DNA of 64,000 nucleotides. Source: an uncultured Bacilli bacterium (lineage in GTDB: Bacteria > Bacillota_I > Bacilli_A > RF39 > UBA660). Numbering within the stretch: the stretch's first letter is position 1; each line of letters begins with the position of its first letter. The position numbers and the translations under genes are program-made. Under the pieces are notes generated by a model. It was given only the letters and a program-made list of their open reading frames with translations. It was not told the DNA's origin and ran no database searches. Of this stretch, positions 9,327 to 16,705 are shown piece after piece. Location of the stretch: contig CANRAF010000002.1 of NCBI GenBank assembly GCA_947628535.1, positions 41,200 through 105,199 of the forward strand. The letters run 5' to 3'.

Positions 9327-11117
9327 TTATAGTCCTCCACCAGTTCCAAACGAATCTAATTCTTCTGGTGTAACTATTACTGTAATACGCATTCTACGGG
9401 ATCCACAAACAAATAAGGCTTCTCCCTGTGAATAACGTTTTATACTTTCTTTTTCATTATCATTTAAATCTATAAGCAATGAAAGATCTTCAACTGCTTG
9501 TTTTTTAAGGCCCATTACTAAATAATAAGATGCATTATCAAAGATTGCTTTTCCTTGAGTTATTACTGCCTGTGATGTAAAATCACTTGGTTGTTGTGTA
9601 ATTATTATATTTCCCGTATTGTATTTACGAGAACGTCTTTGAATTTGAGCTAAAAAGTCAGCTCCTAAAACATTTCCTCCAGAAAGAAGAACATGTGCTT
9701 CATCTACCATTAATACTGTGTTTTGTGTTGGGTCTAAACATAGACTCCAAGCATATTTTAAAACGTTAAATAATAGAGCATTTCTAATATTAACATCTGT
9801 ATTCATAAGTTCTCTAATATTGAATACTATGAAATTACTACGTGGTGATATAGTTGTTTTTCCATTAAAGTAAAATCTAAGTTCATTAGTAAGTGGTCTT
9901 ATTTTAAGTTCAAGCCTTTCCATTATATCACGTTCATGAGTCATATCTGTCATTGAAGTAAGTTTTCCTTTGATTGTTGTATATACGTCATCAAATGTTG
10001 GATAGTGTTCACTAGTAAATGTTGAAAAATCAGTATTAAATCCTATTCCAAATCTTTGATATGTCTCTTGAGTAAGTTCTATAAATAAATTAAGAACATC
10101 CTCTTCAATAGATGGATCATAGTATTTCATAAATGCTTTTAAAAACTGAAGTGTTTTGGTAAGAACTGTGTATCCAAGGCCTTGCCTTATTTCATCATCA
10201 TCAGCATCTATTAATACTTCAAATGGATTAATAAGTCCAAATTCGCCACCCTTTCCTAAATCTATTGTATCTCCACCAACGGCTTCAACCATTTCTTTAA
10301 GTTCGTTTTCAGGGTCGATTGCTACTATTTGATAACCGTTTCTTATAGCGGTTCTTAAAAGTAATTTAGCAGCAGTACTTTTACCTGAACCAGAAGTACC
10401 TAAAATAATCATATTAGCATTTACTCTGTTATGTTCTTTTCTCATTTGATATAGGAATTGGTTAAACATAACAACCCCACCAGAGAAATCTGTTCCAAGA
10501 AGAACTGAAGGCCCTGGATCTTTAATGCTATCAAATATATATGGATACATTCCAGCCATTGTAGGACTTGGCATAATTGTTCCAATTCGCTCTTCTACTT
10601 CTTGTTTTGGGAAAACTGGAATTATTGATTTTAAAACTTGTTCTTGTTCAAATCTTAAAGGAATTGCTCTAAGCTGCATAGCATCTAAATAGTTTTTAAC
10701 TTGAAGTTTTTTAAGATCTAAATCTTCTTTTGACTCGCCAGTTACTATAATATGCATTTGAAAATCAAACGTTTTTGATTGAGCAGCTGCAAGTTGTTGA
10801 ATGAATGATTCAAGTGTTTCATAGTCTTGTCTTATACTTTCTTGATATGTTGCATCTTTTTCTTCTTGATATCTTATTTTCATTGAAGCAAGTTCTTTAT
10901 TAAGCATTTTTGTTAAAGTTGAAAATGGTACAGGGATATGCTTAATTACTATTTTAACACCTGGCATATTAGTTATGTTTGATAAAAATCCTACACCGAC
11001 ATATCTAGGATAACCAACAACTGTTAAAATAGTCATGAATTTATCACTAGCAACTATCATGTTGCTGTTTGTAAAATCAAGCCCTTTTGGAGCCACTTCG
11101 CTTTTAAAGTAACTCAT
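9327..11117 (-). CDS. VirB4-family T4SS ATPase (TrsE/PrgJ/ConE-like), short 596-aa form
   Basis: Walker A GTSGSGKS; Walker B LMVDEAH. Has its own RBS GGAGGGG. ATGA start/stop overlap with the upstream 233-aa ORF. Confidence 0.8.
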   Translation of the reverse strand: MSYFKSEVAPKGLDFTNSNMIVASDKFMTILTVVGYPRYVGVGFLSNITNMPGVKIVIKHIPVPFSTLTKMLNKELASMKIRYQEEKDATYQESIRQDYETLESFIQQLAAAQSKTFDFQMHIIVTGESKEDLDLKKLQVKNYLDAMQLRAIPLRFEQEQVLKSIIPVFPKQEVEERIGTIMPSPTMAGMYPYIFDSIKDPGPSVLLGTDFSGGVVMFNQFLYQMRKEHNRVNANMIILGTSGSGKSTAAKLLLRTAIRNGYQIVAIDPENELKEMVEAVGGDTIDLGKGGEFGLINPFEVLIDADDDEIRQGLGYTVLTKTLQFLKAFMKYYDPSIEEDVLNLFIELTQETYQRFGIGFNTDFSTFTSEHYPTFDDVYTTIKGKLTSMTDMTHERDIMERLELKIRPLTNELRFYFNGKTTISPRSNFIVFNIRELMNTDVNIRNALLFNVLKYAWSLCLDPTQNTVLMVDEAHVLLSGGNVLGADFLAQIQRRSRKYNTGNIIITQQPSDFTSQAVITQGKAIFDNASYYLVMGLKKQAVEDLSLLIDLNDNEKESIKRYSQGEALFVCGSRRMRITVIVTPEELDSFGTGGGL

Positions 11118-11815
11118 ATTGGCATCACCCCTCCAGATTCATATTTTTTTCCTCCATTTAAGAAGTTATCTATTATCATTCTAAGATCGTCATTTGATGT
11201 TTGACTTGCCACAAGACCGGCACTGGCTAAACTATTTATCAAATTACGAAGTCTTTTTTGTAAAAGTTCTCCATTTTTTTCTTTAAACAGAATAAAGTAT
11301 TCAGTATCTACAACATCATTATTGATAAAATATTCTCCTTTTTGCATATCTTGTGAGATGAGTTTTCTTATTCTTTGATCTTGATTTTTATTATAAAGAA
11401 CTTGAAGTTCTGCTTGATAAACTGCGATATCTACAGGACGATCTGCTACTACTAACCAAAATTCAAAATCAATAGTGTTATAGAAATTCATAAGTCCTAT
11501 TAATGCATTATCCATGGAAACTTGGTCTAATATGAAAATGTTTCTAGGTTGTATTTTAACACCTGTAATCATTTCATTTCTATTATTATACATAATTCCA
11601 TTACTAATAGCTTTAAGTGGTAACCAATTTTCTGTATATTTGGGATTTTTTTGAGCGGCTTTTGGCATAACTTTGCCACTTTGTTTATTTTCCTCATTAT
11701 TATTTACAGGTGTATTTATACTATTTATACCCGAATTAACACTTTGATTTACTTGCCCATTTCCCGAATTATTCATCTGATTGTTCATATTTATAACACC
11801 AACCTCTCCATACAT
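11114..11815 (-). CDS. T4SS-associated protein of unknown function, translationally coupled to virB4
   Basis: 233 aa with an N/Q/S-rich low-complexity N-terminus and no TM segment. Its stop overlaps the virB4 start (ATGA). Might be a detached VirB4 N-terminal-domain-like protein. Confidence 0.4.
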   Translation of the reverse strand: MYGEVGVINMNNQMNNSGNGQVNQSVNSGINSINTPVNNNEENKQSGKVMPKAAQKNPKYTENWLPLKAISNGIMYNNRNEMITGVKIQPRNIFILDQVSMDNALIGLMNFYNTIDFEFWLVVADRPVDIAVYQAELQVLYNKNQDQRIRKLISQDMQKGEYFINNDVVDTEYFILFKEKNGELLQKRLRNLINSLASAGLVASQTSNDDLRMIIDNFLNGGKKYESGGVMPI

Positions 11816-12089
11816 ATTTTCTTCGGTTTACAAAGTAAAATTTATACATTTCATGAATAAATACTCTTGAATTATGATAATTTGCAATTGGGAATACTAG
11901 AAATGCTGAGATAAAGGCAGGAGTTAAAGTTATTATTGCTGCCCAAATCTCAATTATTGGGAGTATTGTAAAGAGTATAAATGATATTAATATTCCACTT
12001 GCCAATATTATCAAATCAAGTTTACTTAAAAAACCAAATATTAAACCTTGTTTTTTACTATTAGCAGGTACTAAATAATTGTAATCCAT
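11769..12089 (-). CDS. PrgI/TcpE-family small membrane protein (VirB3-like)
   Basis: 106 aa with two long hydrophobic helices. N-terminus YLVPANSKKQGLIFGF fits the PrgI-family pattern. Lies just upstream of the VirB4 gene, as VirB3 homologues do. Confidence 0.5.
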   Translation of the reverse strand: MDYNYLVPANSKKQGLIFGFLSKLDLIILASGILISFILFTILPIIEIWAAIITLTPAFISAFLVFPIANYHNSRVFIHEMYKFYFVNRRKYVWRGWCYKYEQSDE

Positions 12090-12112
12090 GTAGTATCACA
12101 TCCTTTTTATTA

Positions 12113-14659
12113 TTAACTTTTTTTAGAATAGTCATCAAACGCTTTTGCTTTACCATATTCAGTAGATTTTTGAACTGCAATAATTTCATCACTGTATTGA
12201 TTAGATTTATCTCTTGCAATTCCTTCTACATCTTCATATGCTGCAAAAGTTTGAACATCTCTTTCAGTTTTTCCAAGTTCTCTTTGAAGTGCTGTATTAA
12301 CTCTAAGTTCTGTCCTCATTTCTGTTTCGGCTTGTTCAATTTTTCCTTTTGCTGATTGTTCAAAATCTATTGATAAAACTTGTCCATTAGCACCAACATA
12401 TTTATCCGATTGACCAGAATCTATCCATTGTTGCCCATCATAATATTCAATATTGCCTTGACTATTTTTTCTATTTGTTTCATTTAAAGCAATGAAATCA
12501 CTTCGTTCTTTTTTGTAACCAGCTTTTCCTGTTTTTGTTACTTGATTACCATTTGCATCTATATACGTATAAGTATAATTATCTGGATCAAGTTCTAATT
12601 TTCTCTTTTTATCAGATAAAAAATTGGAACTCTCTGCTAAATTTTCTATATTATCTTTATGTTTTCTAAAATTGTCTAGTAATTCCTTTTTATCTACTTT
12701 ATCTTTAATTTGATTATCCATTTTAGTTTTTGGAGAATAACCTACAGTTCCTGCTACTCCTGCCACTGTTCTTTGCCAAAAACCTAATCCATTTTGCTTG
12801 GCATCATTTATTCTTGCATTCTTAGCAGCAATCTGGTTGGATCCACCTGTTATATTTCCTTTGGAGCCAGAACCTGCTCCTAAGGCTGCACCTTTAAAAG
12901 CACCACTTATTCTTCCAAGACCTTTCCCTGTTGCAAATCCAACAGCAGTTCCAAGTGCTCCGCCTGCGGCAAATCCTGCTGCACTTTTACCCATATTCAT
13001 AATATCTTTAAATGAACTTCCCATAGAATCAAGTCCAAATAATTTAGAAATCATACTAGGTAAAGCTTTTGCAAATACTAAAATTGCTACAATATAGAAA
13101 AATTTAATTAATAAGTTTTGTTCCCAAAAACTTTCTGATATTAATTTTAAAAGATCTACTGCAATAGCAATTGCAAACAACTTTATAAATAAATCTACAT
13201 AAATAGAAAGATACATTTTAACCCATTGATTAAATATTTTATCTTTGGGATTGACATAACTTATAATTGGAATTGGTGCAAGCATTTCGAGTAATAATAA
13301 TTTAAATCTACGGATAATTATATCAATACATAGAATAAGTAAATATACTATTAATCCAATACCAGCAACTAATGAAGCAATAAATCCTAAATTCAAAGTA
13401 TCATCTGACATTAATTCTATAATATTATCATTTGCTTCTGAGTTCTCAAACATATGTTCTTGCGCATTTTTACATTTTTCTTCTGACTCTTCATCTTCTG
13501 CACATTCTTGAAACGTTTTTGCAGTTGTTTGAGCAAACTTAATAGCTTCGTAAGAATGTTTTTCGCTTAATCCCTTAAAATATTTTTTACCACCATCAAA
13601 AGCACTAGTACTTGTATTTTTACCTATAAATAAATTATTAGTTTCAACCGAATGACTTGCTTGTTGCCCACTTGCATTCATCTTAAGGCCTTTAATCGCT
13701 TTTTCAAAATCATTATAGTTATTGTACCCTCCCATAATACCTATATTTTTACACGTTTGCGGTCCACTTGCAGTTACTACTTCAGAATCACAACCATCTA
13801 TTTCACCTTTAGGCATTGATTTTTGTGCCGAATATGTACTATCGCTTGTTTTTTTTAAATATTTTGGACAAGTAGTAGGAAAATTAGAAGAAGTTACATT
13901 AAATACAGTACCCATTGTTATTTTACCAGGGAAAGGTGAATAATAACCATTATCTGAATCTCCGTGAATTCGCTGATCACTTCTATCATAATAAGAAAAT
14001 TTGCATGTACCATCTCCACAATTTAATTTCCCAGTTGGCCCAGTATCTGGGTTATTATAAAATTCAATCTTATATACATCATTTATTACATAAGAATGGG
14101 TCCAATTAGTACCCACTAAATTTTTCTTATGTGATTTAACATTTATGTAATAACAAGTTAACTTTTCATTTGCAGCATAAACATCATCCACAAGTAATTT
14201 AGATTTAGAACTCATATTATCTGAATGTTTTTCTTTTATACTACTAACAGGCATTAATCGATTTATCAGACCATCATCAGCGAGAATTGCCTGTTCAACT
14301 TCAATTAATAAACCGTCCTTTTTATTAAAAATTATAAAATCTGGCGATAACGCTATTAATAGAATTATACATGTTACAATACGCTTTATCATTTTACCTG
14401 CGCCAGCTTCTTTGTCACTTACTGTATCAGGATTAATAATCATTTGAAGCATACCTATTGTAACTCTAAATAGCATAAATACCCCTGCTAACACGTATAT
14501 TGTTTGGGTAAAATTAAAGTTTAAACTAGCAAATGCATTACCATCGTTACGAACTAACTCTAATAAAATATCATATATTCTAGCAACTAATGTGTATAGG
14601 CCTGCAATTATATTAAATAAAACACTTGCAACAATTTCATTAAATAACAATATTTGCAT
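12113..14659 (-). CDS. VirB6/TrbL-like polytopic T4SS channel protein with a large Cys-rich extracytoplasmic domain
   Basis: 848 aa. N-terminal TM helices; a hydrophilic domain of about 280 aa with at least 12 Cys (CGDGTC, TTCPKY, DGCDSE, QTCKNIG, FQECAEDEESEEKCKN); 5-6 more TM helices; a Gly-rich segment; and a hydrophilic C-terminal extension of about 270 aa. RBS AGGAGG. Confidence 0.55.
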   Translation of the reverse strand: MQILLFNEIVASVLFNIIAGLYTLVARIYDILLELVRNDGNAFASLNFNFTQTIYVLAGVFMLFRVTIGMLQMIINPDTVSDKEAGAGKMIKRIVTCIILLIALSPDFIIFNKKDGLLIEVEQAILADDGLINRLMPVSSIKEKHSDNMSSKSKLLVDDVYAANEKLTCYYINVKSHKKNLVGTNWTHSYVINDVYKIEFYNNPDTGPTGKLNCGDGTCKFSYYDRSDQRIHGDSDNGYYSPFPGKITMGTVFNVTSSNFPTTCPKYLKKTSDSTYSAQKSMPKGEIDGCDSEVVTASGPQTCKNIGIMGGYNNYNDFEKAIKGLKMNASGQQASHSVETNNLFIGKNTSTSAFDGGKKYFKGLSEKHSYEAIKFAQTTAKTFQECAEDEESEEKCKNAQEHMFENSEANDNIIELMSDDTLNLGFIASLVAGIGLIVYLLILCIDIIIRRFKLLLLEMLAPIPIISYVNPKDKIFNQWVKMYLSIYVDLFIKLFAIAIAVDLLKLISESFWEQNLLIKFFYIVAILVFAKALPSMISKLFGLDSMGSSFKDIMNMGKSAAGFAAGGALGTAVGFATGKGLGRISGAFKGAALGAGSGSKGNITGGSNQIAAKNARINDAKQNGLGFWQRTVAGVAGTVGYSPKTKMDNQIKDKVDKKELLDNFRKHKDNIENLAESSNFLSDKKRKLELDPDNYTYTYIDANGNQVTKTGKAGYKKERSDFIALNETNRKNSQGNIEYYDGQQWIDSGQSDKYVGANGQVLSIDFEQSAKGKIEQAETEMRTELRVNTALQRELGKTERDVQTFAAYEDVEGIARDKSNQYSDEIIAVQKSTEYGKAKAFDDYSKKS

Positions 14660-14674
14660 AATTAACCTCCTATA

Positions 14675-15004
14675 CTATAGCCCTATTTTACAAACACCAG
14701 ATGTTAGTCCTGCCATATACAATATAAAATTCAAAACTACTGGAACAAAAAAGATTGCTACTCCAATTACAATTCTTTTTACTGTTCTTGTAAGAGCAGT
14801 TTTCATATCTTTTTCTTCTTGAGAAATTACTGCCTGAACCATATCAACACTACATAAAGCAATTACTAAACATGGTGTTGCTATTTGTATCCAGGAAAAT
14901 ACTTTTGTTAAAATATCTCTAAAGTCAGCTCCAAGTAAATTACAATCACTTTGAGTAGGAAAATTAACTAAAAAATTTATATTGTTAATTATAAAATCTA
15001 ACAT
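14675..15004 (-). CDS. small two-helix membrane protein, VirB2/TrbC-like putative T4SS pilin (paralogue 3)
   Basis: 109 aa. Shares the second-helix motif IGVAIFFVPVV with the two upstream paralogues; Cys near the C-terminus (SGVCKIGL). Confidence 0.4.
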   Translation of the reverse strand: MLDFIINNINFLVNFPTQSDCNLLGADFRDILTKVFSWIQIATPCLVIALCSVDMVQAVISQEEKDMKTALTRTVKRIVIGVAIFFVPVVLNFILYMAGLTSGVCKIGL

Positions 15005-15095
15005 TTAAATCACCTTCACAGTATTCATCTATTTTATTATAACAAAAAAAAAAGCACAAGACAATAAGTTTTGTACTTTTATTTACATATTTTTA

Positions 15096-15512
15096 TTAAC
15101 TTTTACCCTTACATGAATTGGCATTAGGCTTTGACACACAAGCTAAACATTTATTGTAATTATCATCAGCTTGGTTCTCTGCTCCAGATACCATACCAAA
15201 TATTATTTGTACAATAACTACTACAAAGAATATTGCTACCCCATAAATAATTCTCATAAGTAACATTTTTTGGGCTTCTTTTATTTTTTTATCTTCTCCA
15301 GCCATTACTGCTTTACCTAAATCAATTGTACCAAGTAAAACGATAATTACGGGGATAATGATTTTCATTACATTTACTATTTGTCCAACAAATTGCCAAA
15401 TTATTAAAGTTTTTTCACAAAAATTATCTGATGTTTGTAGTGTTGCACCACTACCAGCTTTTGCTAAAAACTGAATAATATCCATTGGCATTGCACTTAA
15501 AAATTCTAACAT
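15096..15512 (-). CDS. small two-helix membrane protein, VirB2/TrbC-like putative T4SS pilin (paralogue 2)
   Basis: 138 aa. IIPVIIVLLGTIDLGKAVMAGEDKKIKEAQK is nearly identical to the loop of 15585..16022. C-terminal tail CLACVSKPNANSC. Confidence 0.45.
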   Translation of the reverse strand: MLEFLSAMPMDIIQFLAKAGSGATLQTSDNFCEKTLIIWQFVGQIVNVMKIIIPVIIVLLGTIDLGKAVMAGEDKKIKEAQKMLLMRIIYGVAIFFVVVIVQIIFGMVSGAENQADDNYNKCLACVSKPNANSCKGKS

Positions 15513-15584
15513 ATTAATCTCTCCTTCTATCTATAACTATAATACTATATATAATACTGCTGTGTCAAACATTTTTTTTTAATT

Positions 15585-16022
15585 TTACACTTCTTCTCTT
15601 CCATATAAATTATCTTGGTTTATATCTTCATTTTCTTGTTGACTATTTTCATCATAATTATTTATCTCATTTTCTTGATTACTTTTAGATTCTTCAACAT
15701 ATTTTAAACAATTTTTGCTGTGTGGTTTAGTTGCACATTCCCAGCATATTTTATAATCACCTTCATCTGTTTCAACTCCGAGAAGGCCAAATATTACTTC
15801 TACAATTGTAAATATAAAGAATATTGCTACCCCATAAATTAATCTTCTAATGAATGCTTTTTGGGCTTCTTTTATTTTTTTATCTTCTCCAGCCATTACT
15901 GCCTTACCTAAATCAAGCGTACCTAAAAGAATAATTATAACTGGTATAATAATTCTAATTATATATATAATTTCACCGACAAAATTCCATGCGGCAGCAC
16001 TATCGGCACAAAAGGTATCCAT
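15585..16022 (-). CDS. small two-helix membrane protein, VirB2/TrbC-like putative T4SS pilin (paralogue 1)
   Basis: 145 aa. Helix-loop-helix IIPVIIILLGTLDLGKAVMAGEDKKIKEAQK. C-terminal CWECATKPHSKNC tail followed by an acidic N/E-rich end. RBS GGTGG. Confidence 0.45.
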   Translation of the reverse strand: MDTFCADSAAAWNFVGEIIYIIRIIIPVIIILLGTLDLGKAVMAGEDKKIKEAQKAFIRRLIYGVAIFFIFTIVEVIFGLLGVETDEGDYKICWECATKPHSKNCLKYVEESKSNQENEINNYDENSQQENEDINQDNLYGREEV

Positions 16023-16210
16023 TAAACCACCACCAAACTACTTGGAAAGTATATCATAATATATGTTAAATGTCAATTAAAATACAATTAAATTTAAATT
16101 TCATAAGATTAACTAAGTAAAATTTATAATATAATAACTATCTTTTTATTTGCTGTAATTTTAAACATTATTTTATTTAAATATTTATTTTATTTTTTAA
16201 ATGTGTTATT

Positions 16211-16657
16211 ATGTATCTTGAGGTGTTAATATTGAAAAAATTTAGATGGTTAATAATACTTGCTATTATTATTATTGCTTTAGTTGCTGTTATCTTTATA
16301 TTTTCTAATGATGAAAGCAAATATATTCATGAAATATCTTTTAGTGAAGTTGTTAATAAAATAGAAAATAAAGATGATTTTATTCTTTATATTAAACAAA
16401 ATGGATGTGAACATTGTAGAGCATTTACTCCTAACTTTGTAAGTGTGTTAAGTGATAATAATTTAGAAGCTTATGCTCTTAATCTTAGTGATATTTCTGA
16501 AGAAGATAATGAATCTTATGAAGAAATGTTTGATATTGATGGAACTCCAACAGTACTATTCTTTGATGATGGTAATGAAAGTTTAATTAGAATTAGTGGT
16601 GAACAAACTAAAGCAAATATTAAATCAAAACTTGAAGCAACTAAATTTATAAAATAG
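16211..16657 (+). CDS. membrane-anchored thioredoxin-like thiol-disulfide oxidoreductase
   Basis: N-terminal TM anchor followed by a CxxC active site (NGCEHCRAF); 148 aa, TlpA/ResA/StoA-like. The true start may be the TTG at 16232, which follows a GAGGTG RBS. Confidence 0.6.
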   Translation: MYLEVLILKKFRWLIILAIIIIALVAVIFIFSNDESKYIHEISFSEVVNKIENKDDFILYIKQNGCEHCRAFTPNFVSVLSDNNLEAYALNLSDISEEDNESYEEMFDIDGTPTVLFFDDGNESLIRISGEQTKANIKSKLEATKFIK

Positions 16658-16705
16658 AACTATATGTTCTATTTTTTTTATAAAAAAAAGGAATTAAATT
16701 CCTTA
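16657..16705. terminator. pair of back-to-back terminators between the convergent thioredoxin gene and the pbp gene
   Basis: AGAAC-TATAT-GTTCT followed by T8 (plus strand). AAGGAAT-TAA-ATTCCTT preceded by A8, which reads as T8 on the minus strand. Confidence 0.55.

Noticed and set aside
6992-16022. Calling the T4SS cluster a complete integrative conjugative element or prophage
   Set aside because: No relaxase, integrase, excisionase, replication protein or flanking direct repeats are visible in or beside the cluster, so it is reported as a T4SS module only; element status needs sequence outside the window.
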